Shown here: positions 1 through 10,269 of the stretch, in pieces
Position numbering within the stretch: position 1 is the stretch's first letter
Layout: the number at the start of each line of letters is the position of its first letter
Assembly: GCA_965216875.1 (NCBI GenBank)
Contig: OZ244207.1
Span: 4,128,001-4,192,000 of the forward strand
Length of the DNA: 64,000 nt
Direction of reading: 5' to 3'
Source of the DNA: Rubripirellula sp.
Lineage (GTDB): Bacteria > Planctomycetota > Planctomycetia > Pirellulales > Pirellulaceae
Notes under the pieces: generated by a model
Database searches by the model: none
Told to the model about the DNA's origin: nothing
What the model saw: the letters and a program-made list of their open reading frames with translations, nothing else
Translations under genes and position numbers: made by a program

Positions 1-1098
1 TTCGCTGTAGGCGAACGATTCGTCTCGAGTCTCAAAAAACCGCCAGTAGATACGAAGTCGCTTTTCGCTCCAAGGTCCGTCGGTCCCAAACAGCAGACGA
101 TCGGAATAGCGAATCAAAAACTTGCGTGCGGTGAAAGGTTGCCGTCCAAGCTCCGCGATCCGCGATGCGGGCTCGATCCACAGGTTCGGGTACGCATCCA
201 ACCACTGGCCAACTTGCTTGAGATCTTCAGCGTTGTTCGCAACGTGGGCGCCAATGAATTGTGTTTTCGGATGCCGTGCAATCACCCGGTTGCGAGCGTC
301 AAGCAATTCGGCTCGCGAGGGAAAATCTTCGCCATAAAAACTCCAATCAGGGTGCCGACTCAATTCTTCCCATCGCTCGTTGGTTTCGTCGATGGGATCA
401 AAAAAGGCAGCCGGATCCGCCGTGTGAATGATCACGGGAATGCCGAGTTCGCCACAGGCTTTCCAAATGCCATCCCATCGCCGGTCATCCACTTCGATCA
501 ACGATCCGTCGGGATTGCGATAGCCGAGTCCGAACTGCTTGAACACTTTCAATCCACAAACACCCTCGGCAACCGCTTCGGCAAGCTGCTTGGCGGTACG
601 ATCAGCAAACCCCGGACGATGGCAGGCCCAGGACGATGGATCGTTTTTGTTTCCGTCGCCAATCCAATCGACATTGGCAAAGATCGCAAATCGATCTTTG
701 TACTTTGGCCACAAGAACTTCATATGGCGTTCTAACTGGCCACCCAATCGCCCATCAAGCGAAACGCAGGTGGCGATGTTGTTGCGATCCATCAACTTGA
801 CGAAATCATCAAGTGCTTGACTGCTGCCGCGCATCTTGAAATGAAAATGCGTGTGGACGTCAACCGACGGAAACGCCGCTTCGGTACGCGGATGCTCCTC
901 GACTCGCAACTGACTCTTGGGCCGAAAATTCCGCAGCAGCAACTCCCGTCCCTCGCGGCCATCGAGCGCAGCTTCGCTCTCGGCACCCGGGGGCGTATTT
1001 TGCGCCCGCGCGGTGAGCGTTGCGCCTTGTAAGGCCGCTAACGTAGTAGTCAGGGCAATCGTCACAGCGATCGACCGAAAGTTGGTTACAATACGCAT
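1..1098 (-). CDS. Secreted amidohydrolase-family protein (Amidohydro_2-like), runs off the window edge
   Basis: Absent from the ORF track because it has no stop in the window. Manual translation from ATG 1098 gives MRIVTNFRSIAVTIALTTTLAAL (signal-like), then VDVHTH (HxH), IHTADP, IGAHVA and LLFGTD; the frame stays open to position 1. Confidence 0.85.
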   Translation of the reverse strand, partial: MRIVTNFRSIAVTIALTTTLAALQGATLTARAQNTPPGAESEAALDGREGRELLLRNFRPKSQLRVEEHPRTEAAFPSVDVHTHFHFKMRGSSQALDDFVKLMDRNNIATCVSLDGRLGGQLERHMKFLWPKYKDRFAIFANVDWIGDGNKNDPSSWACHRPGFADRTAKQLAEAVAEGVCGLKVFKQFGLGYRNPDGSLIEVDDRRWDGIWKACGELGIPVIIHTADPAAFFDPIDETNERWEELSRHPDWSFYGEDFPSRAELLDARNRVIARHPKTQFIGAHVANNAEDLKQVGQWLDAYPNLWIEPASRIAELGRQPFTARKFLIRYSDRLLFGTDGPWSEKRLRIYWRFFETRDESFAYSE

Positions 1099-1175
1099 GA
1101 GTTGTGATGCATGTTGAAGCTCAAAAAACGCCGCGACTTCGCAGCGAAGAGGAATCGTAAGCAAAATAACGGACC

Positions 1176-3386
1176 GTGAGCGAAGAACACACGCAGTACC
1201 AGACCGCAGGTGGAGAATCGACCAGCCAACAGCTGTCGATGCAAGCCACCACGCCTCCAGCCGAGGTCCCAGGCTATCGTCTTCAGCGATTTTTGGGAGC
1301 GGGCGCGTTTGGGCAAGTCTGGGTCGGGCGAGACCTGAACACCGGTCGTGGCGTTGCCGTCAAGTTCTACCTTCATCGTGGCGGCGTCAATTGGTCGTTG
1401 CTTTCGCGAGAAGTGAAAAACCTCGTGCAACTCTCTGCCGACCGACACGTGGTCCAGGTCCTGGAAGTCGGTTGGGATGCCGACCCACCCTACTATGTGA
1501 TGGAGTTGGTCACCGGCGGGTCGCTCGAAGAGATGCTACAGGAGCGTTCCAAGCTGCCGGTCGCCGAAGCGGTCGAAATGTTTCGCAAGATTTGCATTGG
1601 CCTGAACCATTGCCACGGCAAGGGTGTGCTGCACTGCGACCTGAAACCGGCGAACATTCTGTTAGGCCAAGACAACGAACCACGTTTGGCCGACTTCGGA
1701 CAAAGTCGGATGTCGGACGACCAAACGCCGACACTGGGAACGCTCTTCTATATGGCGCCCGAACAGGCCGACCTGCAATCGACGCCCGATGCTTCGTGGG
1801 ATGTGTATGCCGTTGGTGCAATCTTCTATCGCATGCTGACCGGCCATCCGCCCTATCGCAACGACACGATTGTCGAACAAATCGACACCGCTGGCTCACT
1901 GCCGAAACGGCTCGAACGCTATCGTGATGCGATTCAGCATAGCGCGCCGCCGGACGCACACATGCAACGCGATGACGTTGACCGCGCGCTTGCCAGGATC
2001 ATCAGTCGCTGTCTCGCACCGGACCCGATCGACCGATACGCCAACGTCCAGCAAATCCTTCAAGATTTGAATCGCCGCGATCAGGCCCGAGCGCGGCGTC
2101 CATTGATGCTGCTCGGAATCGTTGGCCCCTTGCTAATCCTGATCGCCACCTGCGTTTACGGCGTGCGCAGCATTCGTCACGCAAGTGAAAGCACCAAGTC
2201 CGCACTTCGACGCGAAGCATTCGGAAGCAATCAACTCGCAGCCACGTTTGCCGCCCGCACACTCGAAAGTGAAGTTGAACGTTACTTCCAACTCGGGCAT
2301 CAAGAAGCCGACGATCTTAAACCGGCTCTACAGCAGTCGCTGGTCGACGAAGACTTCGACCAACTGCTTGACGAGATCGCATCGGCCAAGCGTCCCGCCG
2401 CAACGGCAAGCACCGAAGCACGCGATCGACTGCTCGATTCCCCCATTCGACAGCGTCTGGTGGCACACCTACAAGATCGCCTCGGCCGATACACCGACGT
2501 TCCGCCCGAGTCACGTCGGCTAAGACTTGCCACCATGTTCGTTACCGACGCCAAAGGAACGATCGTTGCCATTGCCTACAACGAGCCAGTCACGCGCGAA
2601 GACAACTCCGCTGGTCGGAACTTTTGTTACCGAACCTATTTCCACGGTGGCGGCCAGGAACTGTCGCGCGACGATGAACTGATCGGAACGGTAACCCCGC
2701 TTGAATCGACACACCTTTCAGCAGCGTTCCAAAGTACGGCAACAGGCCTTTGGAAAGTCGCGATCAGCACGCCGATCTATTTTGATGAAGACTCGAGCAA
2801 GAACCAATCGCCCGACGCGTTGTTCGTGATCACCGTCAACTTGGGAGACTTCAAACTGCCGCAAAGCAAAGAAGGCGGCGCCGCTGTTCTTGTTCAAGCC
2901 CGTCAAGGACGCGACCAAGGCACGATCTTGCAGCACCCGTTAATGGACAAACGTCGTGAAAGCGGTCGGTCGCTTGCCCAGGAGAAGTACCAACTTCCGC
3001 CAGAACTCTTCAGCCGGCTATTGGTTGGCGGTGACGTCGACTACCGAGACCCCATGGCCGCGGCTGATGACGGCGAGATTTACGACGGCCCATGGATCGC
3101 CGCCATGCAGACCGTCGCGGTTCCCAATGATGGCGTCTCCGAAGAAACTGAAATCGCCGAGACCGACTTGCTTGTGCTCGTGCAATATCGCCTCGACAAG
3201 GTGATGGAACCGGTCAACAAAATGCGCACCGCACTGCTTTGGGAAGGAGCTGCGGCGCTGGTTTCCATTCTGATCGTCACCCTCACGCTCTGGTACTTTG
3301 TGCGACGCGTCGGCTCGGTTCGCTCGGAACCACGACACCTGGCGCCCGAGTCGAACGAACCCGGCGAGACGATCGCGGTGAACTAG
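1176..3386 (+). CDS. Membrane Ser/Thr protein kinase with an extracytoplasmic dCache-like sensor between two TM helices
   Basis: LGAGAFGQVW, VAVK, HCDLKPAN, DFG and YMAPE motifs. TM LMLLGIVGPLLILIATCVYGV, then Cache-like motifs (NFCYRTYF, SAAFQSTATGLWKVAISTPI, GTILQHP), then a second TM near the C-terminus. Confidence 0.9.
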   Translation: MSEEHTQYQTAGGESTSQQLSMQATTPPAEVPGYRLQRFLGAGAFGQVWVGRDLNTGRGVAVKFYLHRGGVNWSLLSREVKNLVQLSADRHVVQVLEVGWDADPPYYVMELVTGGSLEEMLQERSKLPVAEAVEMFRKICIGLNHCHGKGVLHCDLKPANILLGQDNEPRLADFGQSRMSDDQTPTLGTLFYMAPEQADLQSTPDASWDVYAVGAIFYRMLTGHPPYRNDTIVEQIDTAGSLPKRLERYRDAIQHSAPPDAHMQRDDVDRALARIISRCLAPDPIDRYANVQQILQDLNRRDQARARRPLMLLGIVGPLLILIATCVYGVRSIRHASESTKSALRREAFGSNQLAATFAARTLESEVERYFQLGHQEADDLKPALQQSLVDEDFDQLLDEIASAKRPAATASTEARDRLLDSPIRQRLVAHLQDRLGRYTDVPPESRRLRLATMFVTDAKGTIVAIAYNEPVTREDNSAGRNFCYRTYFHGGGQELSRDDELIGTVTPLESTHLSAAFQSTATGLWKVAISTPIYFDEDSSKNQSPDALFVITVNLGDFKLPQSKEGGAAVLVQARQGRDQGTILQHPLMDKRRESGRSLAQEKYQLPPELFSRLLVGGDVDYRDPMAAADDGEIYDGPWIAAMQTVAVPNDGVSEETEIAETDLLVLVQYRLDKVMEPVNKMRTALLWEGAAALVSILIVTLTLWYFVRRVGSVRSEPRHLAPESNEPGETIAVN

Positions 3387-3400
3387 AAGTTTCCCCTCGA

Positions 3401-3703
3401 GTTTGTAGTACCGAGCTTTAGCCGGAATCTGATCAGGCGTGGCCGCCTAAAGGCGGTACTACGAACGGTGAGCCGTTGATTCGCCGTAGCTACGCTCGCC
3501 AGAGCGTGGAGATGTGAGCGATCCACCTTCTGGTGAAGGCAGCTACGTTTGTAGTACCGAGCTTTAGCCGGAATCTTCTCAGGCGTGGCCGCCTAAAGGC
3601 GGTACTACGAACGGTGAGCCGAACGGGCTAGCGCGTGCGGCTCAGGCTGGGAGGACGCGGAGCGTCCGAAGAGTGCGTTACCACGCGGAGCGTGGTAACG
3701 AGG
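3401..3703. repeat. Composite REP/BIME-like cluster of several palindromic repeat families
   Basis: Two near-identical 66-bp GTAGTACCG...CGGTACTAC units (3401-3466, 3547-3612), a GTAGCTAC...GCAGCTAC unit (3485-3547), a GTGAGCCG...CGGCTCA unit and a CGTTACCACGCGGAGCGTGGTAACG hairpin, between convergent genes. Confidence 0.85.
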
Positions 3704-3738
3704 GGAGAGGTTAGAGGTAACGCGGTGCGAACAACTCC

Positions 3739-5325
3739 CTAGGGCTTTAGCGGCGGGGCGTCGTATTGGGTCCGCAGTTTCGCCAATTGATCCTTCATCT
3801 GTGCAAGCACTTCCGCATACTGCGGGTCGGCCGAAACGTCTTTCATCTCATGGGGATCTTTTTCAAGATCGAACAGATTCAACCCATCGTTGCTGTAGAA
3901 GTTGATGAGTTTGAATCGGTCGGTGCGCACACCTTCATGGCGTGGGACTTGGTGTTCGCCACCATGCTCGTAGTAGTGATAGTAGATACCGTCGCGCCAT
4001 TTGGCTTGCTCTGAACCGAACAGCGGCAACATACTTTCGCCCTGCACATCCTCGGGTATCGGCAGTCCTGCGGCCTCCAGAAAGGTCGGGGCATAGTCGA
4101 TGTTCTGAATCAGCTGCTCATATCGACTGTTTGGGACGATCTTGCCTGGCCAACGAATGACAAAAGGCATCTTCAGCGACTCTTCGAACATCCACCGTTT
4201 GTCGTACCATCCGTGTTCGCCGAGGTAGAAACCCTGGTCCGAGCTGTAGATCACAATCGTGTCGCCAGAGAGCTCGTGGAGGTCGAGGTAGGCAAGCAAT
4301 CGACCGACACTTTCGTCCACCGAATCGATGCAGCGCAAATAGTTCTTGATGTAACGTTGGTATTTCCAACGCACGAGATCCTTGCCCGTCGGAGGATTCT
4401 CGAGGAAGGCATTGTTGCGAGGCACAAACGCAGCATCCCAAGCCTTCTTCTGCTTCGGTGTCATGCGTCGATACTCGCCGTCCTTCAGACGTGTTTCGCG
4501 AGTCGTCGCAAAGGGAACGTCCTGATGCACCTTCAGGTCATAGTGATAATAGAAGTGGCGGTCGATCGACATCGCGTTGCCTGCGAGCGTCTCGCTGCGC
4601 GACGACCAATCATCAAACAAGGTCTCGGGTTCCGGAACATCCTCATCGGTGTAACGATCAAGGTACTTGAGATCGGGAGCCCAGGTCCGGTGAGGCGCTT
4701 TGTGTTGACACATCAACAGGAATGGCTTGTCCTTGTCTCGACCATCGAGCCACTCGATCGCGAGGTCGGTTGTGATCGCAGTGCAATAGCCTTCGATACG
4801 GCGTTTGCCGGCTTTGCTGATGAAGTCAGGATTGTAGTAGCTGCCTTGACCGGGCAAGATTTCCCAGTGGTCAAACCCCGTTGGATCCGAATTCAAGTGC
4901 CACTTGCCAATCATTGCGGTGGTGTAGCCCGCTTTTTGAAGGACTTGTGGGAAGGTGAATTGGGAACCATCAAATGGTCCGCGTCCATTGGAATAGAATC
5001 CATTCTTGTGACTGTGCTTTCCGGTCAACACGCAAGCGCGGCTGGGTCCACAAATGGAATTCGCGCAAAACGAGTTGACAAACACGGCCCCTTCGCGGGC
5101 GATCCGATCAATGTGCGGTGTCTTGTTGATCTTTGAACCATACGCACCAATCGATTGGCACGCATGGTCGTCGGTAAAGATAAACAAGATGTTCGGCGCC
5201 TTTGCATTTCCGCTGGACGCAAAGAACGCGAGGCCAACGAGCACCAAGGCAAAACGAAGAGTGATCCCATTCACGGTAGAAGGTCTCGAAGTAGGCGGGA
5301 GAATCAGGTGGGGCAATGCGTTCAT
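3739..5325 (-). CDS. Cys-type sulfatase (S1 family, GlcNAc-6-sulfatase-like)
   Basis: PNILFIFTDD, ICGPSRA (CxPxR), GKWHL and SDQGFYLGEHG, with an N-terminal signal/TM. Start placed at ATG 5325 by judgement. Confidence 0.9.
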   Translation of the reverse strand: MNALPHLILPPTSRPSTVNGITLRFALVLVGLAFFASSGNAKAPNILFIFTDDHACQSIGAYGSKINKTPHIDRIAREGAVFVNSFCANSICGPSRACVLTGKHSHKNGFYSNGRGPFDGSQFTFPQVLQKAGYTTAMIGKWHLNSDPTGFDHWEILPGQGSYYNPDFISKAGKRRIEGYCTAITTDLAIEWLDGRDKDKPFLLMCQHKAPHRTWAPDLKYLDRYTDEDVPEPETLFDDWSSRSETLAGNAMSIDRHFYYHYDLKVHQDVPFATTRETRLKDGEYRRMTPKQKKAWDAAFVPRNNAFLENPPTGKDLVRWKYQRYIKNYLRCIDSVDESVGRLLAYLDLHELSGDTIVIYSSDQGFYLGEHGWYDKRWMFEESLKMPFVIRWPGKIVPNSRYEQLIQNIDYAPTFLEAAGLPIPEDVQGESMLPLFGSEQAKWRDGIYYHYYEHGGEHQVPRHEGVRTDRFKLINFYSNDGLNLFDLEKDPHEMKDVSADPQYAEVLAQMKDQLAKLRTQYDAPPLKP

Positions 5326-5382
5326 TGTAAACGCACTCGAGACGAGAACCACCGGATCGGCACGCCAATACCGCGTACTGAT

Positions 5383-6294
5383 TTAAGCCATGTCTCGGGT
5401 GACGCAGGCCAGAGTGACCGTGATGTTATCGCGACCGCCAGCACCGAGTGCAGCTTGCACCAATTGCTCACACGCCGCCTCGTTCGATGATGCCGTCATG
5501 ACAATGTCGTGAATCGAATCATCATCAACCATATCGCTTAGACCATCCGAGCAGAGCAAGATTCGATCGCCCGGTTGTAATTCAACGTGAAAAAGATCAA
5601 CCGGCACACGCTCGTTGCGAGTGTTTAGGCAACGCGTGACCATATTTCGATAGGGACGAGTGAATTGTTCGGACAAGCCTTGTTCGATCAATTCTCGCTC
5701 CAACGTGTGGTCCACCGTGATTTGGTGGATGCTTCCGGGCCGCACCAAATAAGAACGCGAGTCCCCAACGTTCACGATCGCCGCTTGGTCGCCGTAGACG
5801 TATGCCGAGGTGATGGTCGTCGCCATCGATTCGAGTGACGGGTTGGACTGAGCTTGGCGATGGAGTTCGTCTTGAATGGCGCCAATGTAAAGATCGACGC
5901 GTTCCTGGACATCCTCACGCAATCCTTCGACCGGTCGCATGATCCAACTGCTAAGCCGGTTGGCAAAATCAAGGATCGTTCGGATGGCGATCGCGCTTGC
6001 TACTTCACCCGACGCGTGTCCGCCGAGTCCATCGGCAACCGCCAACAACCAGCAATGATCGGCTTTCGTGGTTAGATCATCCGGTGGCAAACTGCTTGCC
6101 AGAACATCGCTTGAACGGGTACGACGGACGACGCAGTATTGGTCTTCGTTGGTCGATCGTTTTTTCCCGACGTGGGTTGATGCAGCGATTTCTAAATCGT
6201 TCTCGTCAAATGCCCTGACGACGATGGGGGCGACCGGCCGCTCGAGAATGGATTCTTCGACAGTTGTGTCGTTGTGTTGGCCCGCCACGTTCAA
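5383..6294 (-). CDS. PP2C/PPM-family Ser/Thr protein phosphatase
   Basis: RSTNEDQ, VADGLGGH, NVGDSRSY, LCSDGL and GGRDNITV motifs. Confidence 0.92.
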   Translation of the reverse strand: MNVAGQHNDTTVEESILERPVAPIVVRAFDENDLEIAASTHVGKKRSTNEDQYCVVRRTRSSDVLASSLPPDDLTTKADHCWLLAVADGLGGHASGEVASAIAIRTILDFANRLSSWIMRPVEGLREDVQERVDLYIGAIQDELHRQAQSNPSLESMATTITSAYVYGDQAAIVNVGDSRSYLVRPGSIHQITVDHTLERELIEQGLSEQFTRPYRNMVTRCLNTRNERVPVDLFHVELQPGDRILLCSDGLSDMVDDDSIHDIVMTASSNEAACEQLVQAALGAGGRDNITVTLACVTRDMA

Positions 6295-6332
6295 CCCCTT
6301 CGACTAATCTTCGAATCCCTTACACAATTTCG

Positions 6333-7652
6333 TCATCTCAGTTTAACAGCTTTAAATGGATAAAGCGGGGGCAAGATACTTCGCTTTTCCGTTTCCGCCA
6401 TACGGCTGGCCGCGAGCCAGTGGTCCCGCGCAGCGGAGATTGCCGCGATGAGCTTTTGCGGATCGTATTGTCCGTTGCCGTCGACGGCTTCATAAAGCAG
6501 ATTCAATTGGTTCTTAGCCGCTTTGTCTCCATGAGAGTTTAGAAACAAATCAAGCCTTGGAGCATCGAGCTGAGCATTCGCATGATCCCACCACTGCGTC
6601 AAAAACCTTAATGCGCCCGCTGGGTCATTTGCTCGACACTTGTCCACAAAACGACGATAGAACGCCTGTTCAGATTGGTGGCGCGCATTGCGGCGTGCTT
6701 CCAGTCGGCGATAAACCACCACTCCGACAAAAACGCTCCCAAGGGCAAGAAGGATCGCTTTACCAAGCCGACCCGCTGAGGATGTTTCAAGCGGCTCACT
6801 CTCCGATTCTGACACCGCACTTTGGTCTGGATCAACCGACACCTCTAATGCATCAAGCGTGATGGTTTGCAGTTTGGATGTCGCGTTGTCCCACCACACG
6901 ATCGACACGCTGGGAATCTCGTACTGACCAGCTGCTTCAAACACGTAGGTCACCGAGTCTCTTCGCTTTCCGCTCAGACTTCCGCGGTTGAAGCTATCCT
7001 CGAGTGACGGTTGCTTGCGGTAGAGTTTGGCACCCGACAACTCGGCAAATTCAATTGGAGGCATCAGCATCGCAGGTGCGCCGTCAATCGTTTGCTCGAT
7101 GGTGCGTGTGATTCCATCCCCTACTCGAAGTGGACCGGCTTTTGGGTCCCACGATTGTTTCGCGACGAATTGGTTGGCATTGACGAAGGATGTGCCAGCG
7201 GTAACACCGGGCGGCAAGTTGACTTCGATTGAGATAGCCTCGCTGGTCGCACGTTTGGACTCGACTTCGGCATTCAAACCAAACGCTTTGGCTTCCACCA
7301 AAATGGAAACCTCGGGGATCCGCAGCTCTCCGGTCGATTGCGGGAAGACCCACCATTCATAACGTTGACCCGTTGACGCCCCTTCTGTGAGACGTTGACT
7401 TTGGCCTGGTGGCGTGTAGACGATCGCGTTCTTGACTTCGACATCCGGCAAACGCGGCAAACTTGCCCATCGGTCCTTGGCCAAAACGTCGATGCTGTAA
7501 ACCACTCGCTGTCCGACGACCGCAGTCCCCTCAGGTGTGAGCGACGTTCGAACCGTAATCCCCTCTTCTTGACCAGAGACCGACGGACCATCCGTCAACA
7601 AAACCAGCACAACAAAGATGAACGGCAACCTCGAAGAGTGGAGCTTATTCAT
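6333..7652 (-). CDS. BatD-like protein
   Basis: Signal peptide, two beta-rich Ig-like repeats (YEWWVFPQSTGELRIP; YEIPSVSIVWWD) and a C-terminal TM. Last gene of the MoxR-vWA operon; ATG 7652 overlaps the upstream stop. Confidence 0.75.
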   Translation of the reverse strand: MNKLHSSRLPFIFVVLVLLTDGPSVSGQEEGITVRTSLTPEGTAVVGQRVVYSIDVLAKDRWASLPRLPDVEVKNAIVYTPPGQSQRLTEGASTGQRYEWWVFPQSTGELRIPEVSILVEAKAFGLNAEVESKRATSEAISIEVNLPPGVTAGTSFVNANQFVAKQSWDPKAGPLRVGDGITRTIEQTIDGAPAMLMPPIEFAELSGAKLYRKQPSLEDSFNRGSLSGKRRDSVTYVFEAAGQYEIPSVSIVWWDNATSKLQTITLDALEVSVDPDQSAVSESESEPLETSSAGRLGKAILLALGSVFVGVVVYRRLEARRNARHQSEQAFYRRFVDKCRANDPAGALRFLTQWWDHANAQLDAPRLDLFLNSHGDKAAKNQLNLLYEAVDGNGQYDPQKLIAAISAARDHWLAASRMAETEKRSILPPLYPFKAVKLR

Positions 7653-8301
7653 CACCCTTAGCCTCCTTGTTGCGTGCTGATCGCTGATAGGCAAACTTGG
7701 CCTTCAGAAACTGAGAGGGCGTGGTTTCAACCTGACGCAGCCACACAGCCTGCATTTCCTGGTCGCCGAGCGTTTGCTGCTCGCCTTGATCAACCTCGAC
7801 TTCAGTACCTTCGTTTTCTCCGCCTTCCGTAAAAACGATGTCATCCGCACCAAGCATGCCGTCGGTCGAGTTTCCACCCTCGCGGTGAATTCTCTCGCCA
7901 CGAGCGATCGCGAGTTCTCGGTTTTCGATCGCTTCCTGCCAATCGGGGCGAGACTCGATCGCAATGTCGAATTGTAGCTCCGCCTCTTTGTACTTTCCCA
8001 TCATCACGAGACTATTACCGTGATTGAAAGCAGCCTCGGCACCCGGCAGGGACGCAAACGTTGCTGCGGCTTTCTTGAATTCTCCCGCACGGTAGTAGGC
8101 CGCACCGCGGCGCATTGGATCACCAAATGTTTCTGCGGCTTGAAGCTTTTCACCAGCCTTGAGCAACCGCCAACCTTGCTGGTCCGCAGTCACGAAAAAG
8201 CTCTTGCCACTACGAACCAGACCAACGAACACAGCGATGGCCGCAACCAATGTGAAGGCGACCGCGAACCGGACAAAGACTCTTTGAAAACGCTCATTCA
8301 T
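7645..8301 (-). CDS. TPR protein of MoxR-vWA operon (BatC-like)
   Basis: N-terminal TM, TPR (AAYYRAGEFKKAA; AFNHGNSLVMMGKYKEA) and C-terminal WLRQVETTPSQFLKAKF. ATG 8301 lies just after the upstream stop. Confidence 0.75.
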   Translation of the reverse strand: MNERFQRVFVRFAVAFTLVAAIAVFVGLVRSGKSFFVTADQQGWRLLKAGEKLQAAETFGDPMRRGAAYYRAGEFKKAAATFASLPGAEAAFNHGNSLVMMGKYKEAELQFDIAIESRPDWQEAIENRELAIARGERIHREGGNSTDGMLGADDIVFTEGGENEGTEVEVDQGEQQTLGDQEMQAVWLRQVETTPSQFLKAKFAYQRSARNKEAKGDE

Positions 8302-8305
8302 TTTT

Positions 8306-9244
8306 CTAGTCCGTCTCGACACTCCATCCTCGGCGACTCCAGAAGAGTGACAACGCAACCACAAGCGGAAGCAAGTAATACCCGTCGTCCTGCCATTGCG
8401 TGACCCCATCGCCACCCGCGCCAACGATTGCATTGTCAGCCGAAGCGGCAAGCGACGTGATGTCACGGTCATCCGCTGTCATCACTTGCAGTCGAGCGGA
8501 GAGTGTTTTGGCAGCTTCCTCAAGTCCAGACCTTGCCAGGGTCGCCTTGTCATCAGGCAGCACGGCAAACACCTGCACCACCAAACTTTGTTTGGAAGCC
8601 CATCGCTTGAGTGGAGCGATTTGATTCGGATCGACACCGTCGGCTACCACGATCACCGACGCTGCTTTCCCCTGCTTGTTCACTCGCTGCGCAATCAACT
8701 CGAGTGCTTCGACAAGCGAGTCGCCGTCGCCGGGCATGACATCGGGAGCCAATGCCTGGAGCATGTGCTCGATCACGGCCGCATCTTCGGTCGGTGGCAT
8801 CACCAAGTGTGCCGAACTCGAATAGGCAACCAACCCGGTCGGCGCGCCTTCACGACGCTGAAGAAGATCATGCAGCTTGTTGCGAGCGCGTTCCAAACGC
8901 GATGGCGGTGTGTCGGGCGTCAACATCGATGCTGACAAGTTGACCGCAAGGTAAAGCTCCGCACTATCTTCGGCAAACGGCGACGGTTGGACGCGCCATG
9001 CCGGACCGGCACTGGCAAACACCATCAGGATCCAACATGGCAAAAGCAACGTCACAGGACGCAACCACGAAACCTCCTGGGGTGACTGAACCAAATGATC
9101 AAGCAAATGGGGTGCAATGTCGGCACCGAGCCCGCGTCGAGGATCGCGTCGGCGGCGGACGAGCCACCAGATCGCAACCGCGGGCACAATCAACAACAGC
9201 CAAGTGGGACGCAAAAGGTGAAAATTCGCGAGCGCGTTCATCAT
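8306..9244 (-). CDS. vWA domain protein (BatB-like)
   Basis: FHLLRPTWLLL N-terminus, AGPAW, degenerate MIDAS NLSASM, PSRLERA, and a C-terminal TM. Confidence 0.85.
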   Translation of the reverse strand: MMNALANFHLLRPTWLLLIVPAVAIWWLVRRRRDPRRGLGADIAPHLLDHLVQSPQEVSWLRPVTLLLPCWILMVFASAGPAWRVQPSPFAEDSAELYLAVNLSASMLTPDTPPSRLERARNKLHDLLQRREGAPTGLVAYSSSAHLVMPPTEDAAVIEHMLQALAPDVMPGDGDSLVEALELIAQRVNKQGKAASVIVVADGVDPNQIAPLKRWASKQSLVVQVFAVLPDDKATLARSGLEEAAKTLSARLQVMTADDRDITSLAASADNAIVGAGGDGVTQWQDDGYYLLPLVVALSLFWSRRGWSVETD

Positions 9245-10269
9245 GCCGCTGCCTCCAACGAATCCTCACCATCGTCCGCCGACACAAGTGCCTGGTCGCT
9301 ACGACGGACCAACAGCATCAGAGCCAAGTGGCTCATCGAAAGGAGCAAGCAACCGATCACGAAATAGTGATGCAGGTCTTCTTTTGGCCGATGCGAAATT
9401 GTCTCGACCTCGCGCGTGTCGAGCTGGTCGATTTCGCCGTAGATCTCTCCGAGTGCTTCGCGGTCGGCCGCAAAAAAGTACTTGCCGTCGGTCACTTTGG
9501 CGACCTCGCGAAGCGCATCTTCATCAAGCATTTCTTCGCCAGCGGTTGTTGGATCGCCGACACCAATGGTGTGGATGACAATCCCGTTGTCCGCCGCGAT
9601 CGCAGCGGCTTTGGCTGGTGGGACCTTGCTGCCGGTGTCGTTGCCATCGGTCATCGCAATCAGCACTTTGTCGTCCAGATCGCTACGCGCAAACAGGTTG
9701 ATGCTCAAACCAATCGCATCACCAAACGCCGTCTTCGGGCCAGCCATACGTACGGCGGTCTGGTCAAGCAGTTCGCGACAGACGTCCAAGTCTTGAGTGA
9801 AGGGGATTTGCACAAACGCACCGGTGCCGAAAACGATCATCCCAACTCGGTCGCCCCGGCGTTTGGAAAGAAAATCGTCAAGCACTTCTTTGGCAGCCGT
9901 TAAGCGATCCACTCGATCGCCGTCGGCGTTGGTAAAGTCTTCAGTTTCCATCGACCCCGAAAGGTCGACCGCCAGCAGCAAATCCCGTGTTGCAACTTCT
10001 TTCGTGATGGGTGGACCTAGCCATTGAGGACGTGCCATTGCGAAAACCAACGACACCCAAATGGCAACAAACAAAATCACTTGGACTCGGCTTCGTGACC
10101 GCACGACCGCCCCTTTGGTTGTCGATGCGTCGACCGATTGAATCAACACATCAAAAATGGGAACGCGAACAGCGGGGCGTGACTCTCGGTAGGCTGGCGT
10201 CAACCATCGCACAACCAACGGTAGGGGCAGCAGCACGAACATCCAAAGGTGTTGAAAAACCAACATCAC
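9241..10269 (-). CDS. vWA domain protein (BatA-like)
   Basis: BatA-type N-terminus, ARPQW, MIDAS DLSGSM, TAFGDAIG and MTDGND. Confidence 0.9.
   Translation of the reverse strand: MMLVFQHLWMFVLLPLPLVVRWLTPAYRESRPAVRVPIFDVLIQSVDASTTKGAVVRSRSRVQVILFVAIWVSLVFAMARPQWLGPPITKEVATRDLLLAVDLSGSMETEDFTNADGDRVDRLTAAKEVLDDFLSKRRGDRVGMIVFGTGAFVQIPFTQDLDVCRELLDQTAVRMAGPKTAFGDAIGLSINLFARSDLDDKVLIAMTDGNDTGSKVPPAKAAAIAADNGIVIHTIGVGDPTTAGEEMLDEDALREVAKVTDGKYFFAADREALGEIYGEIDQLDTREVETISHRPKEDLHHYFVIGCLLLSMSHLALMLLVRRSDQALVSADDGEDSLEAAA

Noticed and set aside
3401..3612. Repeat-spacer-repeat pattern resembling a CRISPR array
   Set aside because: Only two 66-bp palindromic units, the 'spacer' is itself a dispersed repeat, and there are no cas genes. 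This fits REP/BIME.
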